This document shows, piece by piece, positions 49,784 to 57,769 of a stretch of 64,000 nt of DNA; positions within the stretch are counted from its first letter, which is position 1; every line of letters begins with the position of its first letter. The translations under genes were made by a program, and so were the position numbers. The notes under the pieces were generated by a model. It did not search any database and was not told the origin of the DNA. It saw only the letters and a list, made by a program, of their open reading frames with translations. The stretch is from a bacterium (lineage in GTDB: Bacteria > Omnitrophota > Gorgyraeia > Zapsychrales > Zapsychraceae), in assembly GCA_030429765.1 (NCBI GenBank), contig JAUIER010000018.1, positions 9,663 to 73,662 of the forward strand. The letters are read 5' to 3'.

Positions 49784-50158
49784 TTAGGAAAAACTGATAA
49801 AGCGAACAATCGCGAAACTCACCGCAAACGCGTAGGCGCTGACAAAGTTCTCCATGAGAAAGAGATTGTCACTTTTGGCATTTTTGAGCCGATATATCTG
49901 GATAATCCCGCCGGCCGCCGCAACCGGCATCACAATCAGATATATTATCTGTAACCCCGGCGAAACAATTAAGGGCTCCTTCATCACAAACAAACTCAAA
50001 AAACCGATCCCCAATCCAAGCAGCACACAGACAGCAAATGTCAGCTTACCCGGTTTGGGCCTGGTTTCCGGAGTCGTCGATGTCCAGAACAGCAATTCCA
50101 GGACAAATGGAATCACAATCTCGCCGATAAAACTAAAGATGAGGATGATGAAGTCCAT
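49784..50158 (-). CDS. Small membrane protein, hypothetical
   Basis: 124 aa with four hydrophobic helices. Confidence 0.4.
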   Translation of the reverse strand: MDFIILIFSFIGEIVIPFVLELLFWTSTTPETRPKPGKLTFAVCVLLGLGIGFLSLFVMKEPLIVSPGLQIIYLIVMPVAAAGGIIQIYRLKNAKSDNLFLMENFVSAYAFAVSFAIVRFISFS

Positions 50159-50195
50159 AGAGTTTACGGGTTGTTATTGATTCAAAGTCATAAAC

Positions 50196-50687
50196 TCAAT
50201 GCCGATTTTCCGAACTGTCTTGACTCAAATGTTCTTTTACTGTCTTAGACGACACATGCCAAAAATAGCTCTGAAAATAATTATGTGCTATGACCAAGCC
50301 TTCAATTTTACTCCAATCTGAGTTTCCTATCCAACTGAATGGTGTACCGCTGGAGATAGACATGCATGCAATACGAGCAACATCATCTTTGTCTCGGCAT
50401 TGCAACTCAAGTAACTTTTCATTTTCGCAACTGGGAATAACAGCTACTATAGTGTCTAAACCAGCCAGTTGATTTAATCGCTCTACTGTGTATTTTTCAG
50501 TTTCTACTGACTTTTTGGTATAGGTGTGGGACAAGATCGAATCATGGCACAAATCCTTACATCCTTCGGCTTCGTCACCACATGAAATCTCATGCGAACC
50601 TACTGGGTATGTAAGGAAGATTACTAACACCAATGTGTTGATCAATACTCTTATATTCGTAGATCTCAAATATTCAATTCCTATCAT
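50196..50687 (-). CDS. Membrane-anchored Cys-containing periplasmic protein, hypothetical (AT-rich islet)
   Basis: N-terminal TM LINTLVLVIFLTY and eight Cys in the soluble part. Confidence 0.45.
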   Translation of the reverse strand: MIGIEYLRSTNIRVLINTLVLVIFLTYPVGSHEISCGDEAEGCKDLCHDSILSHTYTKKSVETEKYTVERLNQLAGLDTIVAVIPSCENEKLLELQCRDKDDVARIACMSISSGTPFSWIGNSDWSKIEGLVIAHNYFQSYFWHVSSKTVKEHLSQDSSENRH

Positions 50688-50703
50688 TTTCTTCGCCTAA
50701 GCC

Positions 50704-51282
50704 CTACATCCCAATCTCCCGCCGCACAAACACGCCTTCCGGATTTTTGTCAAAGACATCATTTTCCTTTAAAAACTCAAGAACGGTGGCGCGGTCGGAT
50801 GTGACAGTGGGGGTGCTGTAGCTGGGTTTGGGTTCATAGTGCCCGGAAATCAGTTCATCGTCTATCGCCGCTTTGATCAGTCTGGATTCCGTAAAGGCCA
50901 GGCGAAATCGATTCGCCTCCAAAAACTCGTAGCGGACCAATTGGTACGTGACCTCGGCCACATCCTCATACGGCCGGACATTTAAGTACCCCTTACCGTC
51001 GATCCGGGCCGCGTATCCCTTAAAATGGGTCATGTCCGCTTCGTTATCATCACTCTCATAGTAGCTGACACATAACTGGTTTTGGCATGGCAAAATAAGC
51101 AAAAATGCGTATTCATCATCTGATTCATCCGGCCCTTCAGCCTCCAGCGTCCACAACCCAATCAACCGCCGGTCCAGCTCATTGTGTTCCGGCGTAACGA
51201 CCGGTGATGTGAACTCGGGGAGACAGCCGGTCAGGAATATACATACGCAAATCATGGCCAAAAGTTTACTAAATTTCTTCAT
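50704..51282 (-). CDS. Lipoprotein, hypothetical (AT-rich islet)
   Basis: Start trimmed to MKKFSKLLAMICVCIFLTGC (lipobox). Confidence 0.5.
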   Translation of the reverse strand: MKKFSKLLAMICVCIFLTGCLPEFTSPVVTPEHNELDRRLIGLWTLEAEGPDESDDEYAFLLILPCQNQLCVSYYESDDNEADMTHFKGYAARIDGKGYLNVRPYEDVAEVTYQLVRYEFLEANRFRLAFTESRLIKAAIDDELISGHYEPKPSYSTPTVTSDRATVLEFLKENDVFDKNPEGVFVRREIGM

Positions 51283-51628
51283 CAGGCTTCTCCTCGATTT
51301 GTTTTCGTCGTTCATTAATAATCTTGGTCTGATCCTGCAAATCGACAACATTTTGAAATATTTTTGTGAGTGAAAAGTTCGTAGATTGAGTCCATTTCTC
51401 ATCATACGCCTCAAGCTGACTCCACAAGAATACAGAATCACAATCCTCCCAATGATTCAGTAGCTCGGGAATATTATGAATGGCGTCTGCCAGGTCTGCC
51501 ATTTCGTCATACGGTGCTTGAGACAAAGCCATATGCCTTAGCTTAGTAATCGCGCTAGTCAATACGGCCATATAAGCCGAAAACACTGGTTCTTTTGGAA
51601 CTGTCATACTAACCTCGTAAGAACTCAA
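51269..51628 (-). CDS. Hypothetical cytoplasmic acidic protein (119 aa)
   Basis: Overlaps the lipoprotein gene start by 14 nt, suggesting coupling. Confidence 0.45.
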   Translation of the reverse strand: MSSYEVSMTVPKEPVFSAYMAVLTSAITKLRHMALSQAPYDEMADLADAIHNIPELLNHWEDCDSVFLWSQLEAYDEKWTQSTNFSLTKIFQNVVDLQDQTKIINERRKQIEEKPDEEI

Positions 51629-51665
51629 TACAACACTTAATCAAAGATTTAATGGATCCATGGAA

Positions 51666-52073
51666 TCACTGCCTCAACTGATACAATCCGCTGCCGATCA
51701 GCATCGCCACCACAAAAACTATGGCCTTGGGATTAAGCAGGGCCAGTGACGCGATAGCCGGTCCGGGACAAATCCCGACGAGTCCCCATCCGATCCCGAA
51801 CAGGACGGCACCGATCACCAGCGGTTTATCAATTTGATTTTTGGTTGGTACATGAAATGCGGATCCGCAAGTAGGGGCAGACCGTTTTAAGATCAGTTTA
51901 AACGCCACGGTCGTGACGGCCAATGCGCCGATCATCACAAACATCAACGCCGGATTCCACGGACCGGTCACATCCAGAAAGCCGATAACAACCGACGGAT
52001 TGATCATCCCCGAGACACATAGACCGATGGCAAAGATCATCGCGCAGATCAGACTGGTGATATTTTCACGCAT
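51666..52073 (-). CDS. YeeE/YedE-family (DUF395) membrane protein, second of a pair
   Basis: Start trimmed to MRENITS. GxxxG-rich TM segments (GIGWGLVGICPGPA) typical of YeeE/YedE. Confidence 0.65.
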   Translation of the reverse strand: MRENITSLICAMIFAIGLCVSGMINPSVVIGFLDVTGPWNPALMFVMIGALAVTTVAFKLILKRSAPTCGSAFHVPTKNQIDKPLVIGAVLFGIGWGLVGICPGPAIASLALLNPKAIVFVVAMLIGSGLYQLRQ

Positions 52074-52075
52074 GA

Positions 52076-52498
52076 TCAAAGCCCTCCCAGTTGGCGCCGA
52101 ATCCAGACCGTCAGGATGGCCGTCGCCATGAAGATCATGGTCGCCGCGATTGACCGGATGGACAGTCGTCCGATGCCGCACACGCCGTGTCCGCTGGTGC
52201 AGCCCGACCCCAGACGTGTGCCGTACCCGACCAATAAACCGCCGACGATGACAAGCGGATAACCGGCATCGATCACATAGGCCGGCGTCCCGTGAATCAG
52301 TGTGTATATGATAGTTCCCATCACCAAACCGCCAACGAAAAACGCCCGCCACCATTCACGATGGCGATGAATGCTCCATAATCCGCCCACGATCCCGCTG
52401 ATACCCGTGACGCGTCCATTAAAAAGCAGCATGAAGGCGGCGGACAACCCGATCAGGACCCCGCCCAGTAATGGTTCAAGATTGGCTGATAATGACAT
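52076..52498 (-). CDS. YeeE/YedE-family (DUF395) membrane protein, first of a pair
   Basis: LLGGVLIGLSAAFMLLFNGRVTGISG and GSGCTSGHGVCG motifs (conserved Cys of the thiosulfate/sulfur-transport family). Confidence 0.7.
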   Translation of the reverse strand: MSLSANLEPLLGGVLIGLSAAFMLLFNGRVTGISGIVGGLWSIHRHREWWRAFFVGGLVMGTIIYTLIHGTPAYVIDAGYPLVIVGGLLVGYGTRLGSGCTSGHGVCGIGRLSIRSIAATMIFMATAILTVWIRRQLGGL

Positions 52499-52580
52499 AC
52501 ATTCCCCCCTAAAGAAGTATGAATTGAATGGATCAAAGAACCTTCATTATATATCGCCGGACGGGTATCGTCAAAGACAC

Positions 52581-52615
52581 AAAAAAAGGGCAACTCCTGT
52601 TTAAGAAGTTGCCCT
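52581..52615 (-). terminator. Rho-independent terminator after the PEP-CTERM gene
   Basis: GGGCAACT...AGTTGCCC hairpin followed on the minus strand by T7 (plus-strand aaaaaaagggcaactcctgtttaagaagttgccc). Confidence 0.6.
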
Positions 52616-52644
52616 TTGTATGGTGAAAAGCGTAGGTTTATCGC

Positions 52645-53283
52645 TTACGCTTGCTGTCTTTTGCGAATAAACGCGCCGGCCAGTCCGGTGGCAAACAAAG
52701 CCATCGTGGCTGGTTCAGGTGCGGCGGCTGTGGGTGTGGCATCGGTGATGACACGCACATAATCTCCAGGAGAGCTGGCTCTGAAGTTTACGTCCAACCG
52801 GAACAAGTTTGCTCCGTTGATGGCCAACGAATCGGCACTTTCAAGCCCGCGAAGGTTTGGATTGAGGTAACTCACGCCGGCATTGCCTAGAAAATCAGAT
52901 GCCAAAAGGTTATCTCGGCTGGTGATAACACCAAGGATCGGCGCGTCAAAGATCACGTGACCAATCGCCCGGCGTGACGGGCCCGGATCAAAAAAGATGT
53001 AATGGCTGGAAACCATGGAACCCGCTGAAATGGAACCCAATCCGACATTTGATGCTAATGCCGATGCCAATGTCACATTCTGTGATTCGTTGAATCCGTA
53101 CAGATTATTGGTTTGGAAATTGTTATTGCCAACAGGTCCGCTGAAACCGACCAGTTCCTGGAACGTTCCACCATTGTTAAAGGCTGATCCGCTGGTCAAT
53201 TGTCCGGAAACGATGATCGCCTCCGCCTTGGATGCGAACCCGCATGCCAGGATGATGCTGAGTAATGCCATTGTCTTTTTCAT
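52645..53283 (-). CDS. PEP-CTERM-anchored secreted protein, hypothetical
   Basis: Start trimmed to MKKTMALLSIILACGFA. C-terminal PEPATMALFATGLAGAFIRKRQQA. Confidence 0.65.
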   Translation of the reverse strand: MKKTMALLSIILACGFASKAEAIIVSGQLTSGSAFNNGGTFQELVGFSGPVGNNNFQTNNLYGFNESQNVTLASALASNVGLGSISAGSMVSSHYIFFDPGPSRRAIGHVIFDAPILGVITSRDNLLASDFLGNAGVSYLNPNLRGLESADSLAINGANLFRLDVNFRASSPGDYVRVITDATPTAAAPEPATMALFATGLAGAFIRKRQQA

Positions 53284-53418
53284 TTGTTCTCCCTTAGTCA
53301 AGTCAGATGTTTCATTGCATATTAATCGACAAATTTATTAAAGGAAGTATGCAACATTTTCCAAGAGGATCAAGAGGACAACCTCCCCCACACCCGGACA
53401 TCCCCAGACAAAAATTAG

Positions 53419-53594
53419 AAAAAAATGGTGTCAGAACTCCGTAATTTACTGTTACACATATGTTTACATAATAATTCGGAATTACGATTTTTTTTGAGCC
53501 GCACTGCGTGGCTGCCCATCAGGTCAAAAAGTTGGAATTAGTGGATAAACTCAATGAAGACAATGATTTGGGGAGTTCTGACACCAATTATTTA
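53419..53594. mobile_element. MITE-like element, copy B (about 176 bp)
   Basis: Ends aaaaaaatgGTGTCAGAACTCC and GGAGTTCTGACACCAATTATTT in inverted orientation. Core diverges from copies A and C. Confidence 0.5.
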
Positions 53595-53664
53595 AAATGG
53601 CGGGATATGCGGTATAATGAGGATGCAAACACGGATCAATCTTGATAAACAGGAGACCTATTTG

Positions 53665-54051
53665 ATGAATACCCCCCCTTCACATGAAGAGCTGGAATCG
53701 GCGCTGCGTTTTTTTAAACGGTCCTATCTGATGGTCGATGATAAGGTCTTGGACGCGGTTAAATTGATCAAGGCCCATGGTACACCTGACGACCAGCAGT
53801 TAGCCTGTGATCATATTTTAAAAATGCTCGCCCGCGAGGACACCGGCCCCGACTATGATCACGCCTATCAACTGGATGACGGACGCGTGCAAATGCATGC
53901 CCAGCAGTTAAATCAACGCAACGAATTTTACATTCAGTTGCTCGCCATTCTTGACGAGCCGCAACGGGTCGCCAAGGCCGTTGACAGTTTTCCGGCCCAT
54001 GCCAGCGGGCTGGCTTGCGTCAAAGAGTACTTGCGCTCGGCTACAACTTAG
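53665..54051 (+). CDS. Hypothetical protein (128 aa)
   Basis: Start trimmed to the ATG preceded by an AGGAGA ribosome-binding site. One of only two plus-strand genes in a 54-kb run. Confidence 0.45.
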   Translation: MNTPPSHEELESALRFFKRSYLMVDDKVLDAVKLIKAHGTPDDQQLACDHILKMLAREDTGPDYDHAYQLDDGRVQMHAQQLNQRNEFYIQLLAILDEPQRVAKAVDSFPAHASGLACVKEYLRSATT

Positions 54052-54844
54052 TCGAATCAGTTTTTAGGATAAGGTCGGCAATAACCGGTAGATGATCGGA
54101 CGCCTGTCGGGTCAGCCCGGTTCGGGGAACATCAACCGCATGCACATGCCAATGCCGGCTGACAAAGATATGATCCAGACACCGCAGCGGCCACCAGCTC
54201 ATGAAAGTCTTACGCCGCCGATGCCCGTCACAAAGCATTTGTGAATCAAACAGACGTTCGCTTAGTTTTCGGTGCAGCAATGAACCGGGGGTGTCATTTA
54301 AATCTCCGAGAAACAAGGTCGGTGCGTTGATCACACGCTCCGCCCCCATCCAGTCCGTTGACATAATCGTTTTCAATTGAGCCATTCGTTCGGCCCGAGA
54401 AAGCCCCAGATGCGTGGCAAAAATGTGTACCGTCTGGCCATTCACATCGGCCTCGAGCCATATTGCACCGCGGGGCTCATACGTGGAACTCAAGATCCGC
54501 TCGTACAGCTTGATCCTCTTATGGACCGGCGTGTCCGGCAGCGTCTGATGCCCGACCAGCTTGAAGTCAAAGCGCGAAAACACCATATTGCCGTACAACG
54601 TGTCTCCGTCGACAATGGCCGGCTGAAAATGCGACGTCATCGACAATTCCCGATCCAGATATTCAGGCTGATGAATCCCGCCCGGGATCTTGTAACCCAC
54701 ATCCACTTCCTGCAGCACACAGATATCAGGCTGATATTCCTTGATGACAGCCACAATCCGGTCCGGCCGATGCTGCTTGTCCCGGCCCAGACATTTGTGG
54801 ATGTTGTAGGTCATGACCCGAATTTTTTGGAGCGATTCTGTCAT
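54041..54844 (-). CDS. Endonuclease/exonuclease/phosphatase (EEP) family protein
   Basis: VMTYNIHKCLG...ICVLQEV N-terminal motif and C-terminal SDHLPV typical of the EEP fold. Confidence 0.75.
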   Translation of the reverse strand: MTESLQKIRVMTYNIHKCLGRDKQHRPDRIVAVIKEYQPDICVLQEVDVGYKIPGGIHQPEYLDRELSMTSHFQPAIVDGDTLYGNMVFSRFDFKLVGHQTLPDTPVHKRIKLYERILSSTYEPRGAIWLEADVNGQTVHIFATHLGLSRAERMAQLKTIMSTDWMGAERVINAPTLFLGDLNDTPGSLLHRKLSERLFDSQMLCDGHRRRKTFMSWWPLRCLDHIFVSRHWHVHAVDVPRTGLTRQASDHLPVIADLILKTDSTKL

Positions 54845-54870
54845 TGGATCAATAGTATCCCCGATTCAAC

Positions 54871-55272
54871 TCAAACACCTGGAATGTCTTTCCGATACTT
54901 CTCACCGAGGTTTTTTCCCAAATAGTCAAATGTCCGCTCCGCCATGTCCACCCTGTAGCGGCAGACACCATGCCCGGCAATACGCTCCAGAAATAGCGCG
55001 TACGAAATCTCCCGACGCTGATAACTTTGAAAGGCCGATTCAATACGCTCCGCGTCAAATCGTCCGCTGGTCTTCGGCGGATTTTCAACAGACGGAAGGA
55101 TTTCCGTGTAAGACCCGCCGTCACCAAAGTACGTCAATCGATACTCCACCAGACACATTTCATACCAGGTCACCCCGGCCACCTTTAACGATTCAAAAAC
55201 CCTAGCGTAAGGCCAGGCCTCCTCACGTCCGGTGGCGACAATGATCGCGATCCGCTGGGCATCAAAGCGCAT
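54871..55272 (-). CDS. Hypothetical protein
   Basis: ORF with uncertain start. The track extends to 55380, overlapping the upstream gene; I trimmed to MRFDAQR. Confidence 0.4.
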   Translation of the reverse strand: MRFDAQRIAIIVATGREEAWPYARVFESLKVAGVTWYEMCLVEYRLTYFGDGGSYTEILPSVENPPKTSGRFDAERIESAFQSYQRREISYALFLERIAGHGVCRYRVDMAERTFDYLGKNLGEKYRKDIPGV

Positions 55273-56419
55273 GTGGTTCCTTTCGCGGCGGCCGTTGGCC
55301 GTGATACTGATAGTAGTTGGCTTCGACATTTCCGTTGTATAGTTTACGGATCCGGTCGGGTTTATCGGCTCGAAACACATTGGCGAATTGCCGGTCGGCC
55401 GTCAGGATGTAAATCGACCAGCCCGGCTGATCATTAAAAACAGCTCTTAATGACTTATACAGGGTGATCAATTCGGGTTGCGATCCCAGCTTGATCCCGT
55501 AAGGCGGATTGCTGATCATCACCCCATAAGCGCTGGATAGTTTGATATCTTTGACATCTCGCTGCGAGAACTCAATATTGTCGTCGACGCCTGCGGCAGA
55601 CGCATTTTCCCGCGCGTCAGCCACGCGTGCTGGATCTATGTCACTGGCCGCAATCTCGAGGGTGATGTCATCACGTATCTCGTCGCGCGCCTGTGTCCGC
55701 GCCTGCTCAAAGATATTGCCGGGCACCATCGGCCATTGTTCGCAACCGAACGATCGGTTGAGTCCCGGCGCTATCTGGCGTGCGATCATCGCCGCCTCAA
55801 TGGCAATGGTCCCGCTGCCGCACATCGGATCCAACAACATTCGGTCGGACCGCCAAAAGCTCAGCATGACCAGCCCCGCCGCGAGATTCTCCCGCATCGG
55901 CGCCTCACCGGTCTGCCGTCGATAGCCGCGTTTGTGTAATCCGGCTCCGGTCGTATCAAGCGTCAAGAGCGCGTTGTCTTTGTTGATATTGATTTTGATC
56001 ACCGCTTCGTAAGCGGATTCGGGGAAGAGCTTGACCTGATGTGATTTTTTCAACGACTCCAGGATCGCCTTCTTGATCATCGACTGACTGGCCCGAACGC
56101 TATTGATGGCGGACCGCGTGACCTGACCGACGACCGTGATCTTGGCATCAGGCGCAATCCATTCGCCCCAAGGGATATTCAATGCCCCGTCGAAGAGCTC
56201 ATCAAAATTACGGGCCCGATACTCCTTGAGCTTGATCACCACCCGATCCGCCGCCCGCAGCCATAGATTCAATCGGGCGATGTCCGACCAGCCGCCTTCA
56301 AGTTCGATCCGCCCGTCGGCCGTTCGTCCGGGCTGATAACCCAGATTGAGCAGCTCCTGCTTGACCACTTTTTCCAGCCCAAAGGCCATCGTGACTATAA
56401 TGTCGAATGTCTGGTTCAT
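55262..56419 (-). CDS. THUMP-domain class I SAM-dependent RNA methyltransferase (RlmL N-domain / COG0116-like)
   Basis: N-terminal ferredoxin-like/THUMP region, SAM motif LLDPMCGSGTIAIEAA and catalytic NPPYG. Confidence 0.8.
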   Translation of the reverse strand: MNQTFDIIVTMAFGLEKVVKQELLNLGYQPGRTADGRIELEGGWSDIARLNLWLRAADRVVIKLKEYRARNFDELFDGALNIPWGEWIAPDAKITVVGQVTRSAINSVRASQSMIKKAILESLKKSHQVKLFPESAYEAVIKININKDNALLTLDTTGAGLHKRGYRRQTGEAPMRENLAAGLVMLSFWRSDRMLLDPMCGSGTIAIEAAMIARQIAPGLNRSFGCEQWPMVPGNIFEQARTQARDEIRDDITLEIAASDIDPARVADARENASAAGVDDNIEFSQRDVKDIKLSSAYGVMISNPPYGIKLGSQPELITLYKSLRAVFNDQPGWSIYILTADRQFANVFRADKPDRIRKLYNGNVEANYYQYHGQRPPRKEPHAL

Positions 56420-56574
56420 AAATAATTGGTGTCAGAACTCCCTAAGCTATTCTCCTACAAAACCTTAAGCCATAATTCTCTAACATATTCTGATTTAAGC
56501 ATTTAAGATTCATCAATTGAATTAATAGGTAAATGTTTGTGAACAAATGTTTTGCGGAGTTCTGACACCAATTA
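56420..56574. mobile_element. MITE-like element, copy C (about 155 bp)
   Basis: Ends AAATAATTGGTGTCAGAACTCC and GGAGTTCTGACACCAATTATTT are perfect inverted complements. Core shares segments with copy A. The left end abuts the methyltransferase ATG and the right end overlaps the archaemetzincin gene stop. Confidence 0.6.
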
Positions 56575-57459
56575 TTTTTGCGCGTCGAGTGATTGGCGAT
56601 AGAAGGCGGCCTCCGCGTCAAAACCGTATTGTTCGGCTAGATCCGCTAAGGCCCGGTAGCGCTCTTGCGGATCAATTTCCAGGTTCCAGATCAATTTAGA
56701 CAGACACACCGGACACAGATACAACGGACGCCGGTCCGACTCCATACGATGATTGCTGCCGTTCATCGCGCATTCAAAATACGGGCAATGCGGCAGGCTG
56801 AACATGTGACACAGCTCATGCGTACCGGTCTTGACGGTCCGCAGCAAACAGATCTTGAAATCCTCTTCACTCTTCTGCGGATTTCCATTTCGATAGACAG
56901 ACCACACGCCGACACGATCATCAATCGATGCCTGACCGAACACAAAATTCCATCCCTCGCCCGGCCACAAGTCCGAAGAGGTAAACGCGATCAGACTCAC
57001 CGCGTCGCCCGGCAAGCGCGGGATTAAAACTTCTTCCAGTACATACGTCGTCAAGATCTGGCGGTCACCGGTCGTCGGATGAAAACGACGGGCATGCGAA
57101 GGAATCTCATCCAAACTCATCGGCTCAATGAATGCGACGTCCAGCTGATAAAATGCCTGAATGAATTCAGCGGTCTTATCGATGATCTCAGTATACTCCG
57201 ACCCAAACCGTCCCAACTTCATGATATAAATCTTATTGCGAGTATCGTCCGGCCGGACCGGTTGACTGGCGATGTATTCATAAATACTTTGACCGGGTTC
57301 ACGATGATGCATCATCCAGTCATTCGGACCCGGCGGGAGCTTGACCTCATGCAGAGCAATCAGGGACTGATAATAACTCAAATCCAGATCCTCCGCGGCG
57401 ACAGCGGATGCCCCCGTGCTGATCAAAAATAGGAACGCAATGATACAAAGTCGTTTCAA
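56572..57459 (-). CDS. Archaemetzincin-like (peptidase M54) zinc protease, secreted
   Basis: HELCHMFSLPHCPYFECAMNG...CPVC matches the HExxHxxGxxHCx4CxM...CxxC archaemetzincin signature. Signal peptide. The track start is TTG. Confidence 0.65.
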   Translation of the reverse strand: MKRLCIIAFLFLISTGASAVAAEDLDLSYYQSLIALHEVKLPPGPNDWMMHHREPGQSIYEYIASQPVRPDDTRNKIYIMKLGRFGSEYTEIIDKTAEFIQAFYQLDVAFIEPMSLDEIPSHARRFHPTTGDRQILTTYVLEEVLIPRLPGDAVSLIAFTSSDLWPGEGWNFVFGQASIDDRVGVWSVYRNGNPQKSEEDFKICLLRTVKTGTHELCHMFSLPHCPYFECAMNGSNHRMESDRRPLYLCPVCLSKLIWNLEIDPQERYRALADLAEQYGFDAEAAFYRQSLDAQK

Positions 57460-57460
57460 C

Positions 57461-57769
57461 TTAAACCCCCATACTCAAAATGCGATAGATCATCCCGGCG
57501 AGTCCCGCGCAACAGATGATATTGCCCGCGATAATCCCCCAGCGAGTGGACGACTTGATCCCCCGTACGTAGCTCAGGGAAACGAGAAACGCAATTAAAC
57601 TTAGAATTCCAACCACGATGCAGACCACACCGGCCGCGGCCGATGGATTGGGATCGTAGCGCGGGTCAAAAAACATCGGAATCCCTATCCCTAAAGATAC
57701 CACATCAGCCACAAAAAATGTCGCCGCGCAAAAACCGGCGAGGATATTCACGCGTGGGTCCACCTCCAT
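57461..57769 (-). CDS. Small membrane protein, hypothetical
   Basis: 102 aa with three TM helices. Confidence 0.4.
   Translation of the reverse strand: MEVDPRVNILAGFCAATFFVADVVSLGIGIPMFFDPRYDPNPSAAAGVVCIVVGILSLIAFLVSLSYVRGIKSSTRWGIIAGNIICCAGLAGMIYRILSMGV

Noticed and set aside
48499-56574. Possibility that the GGAGTTCTGACACC repeats are CRISPR repeats.
   Set aside because: Copies occur as inverted pairs, not direct repeats. They are spaced kilobases apart with variable 90-130-bp cores, and there are no cas genes in the window.
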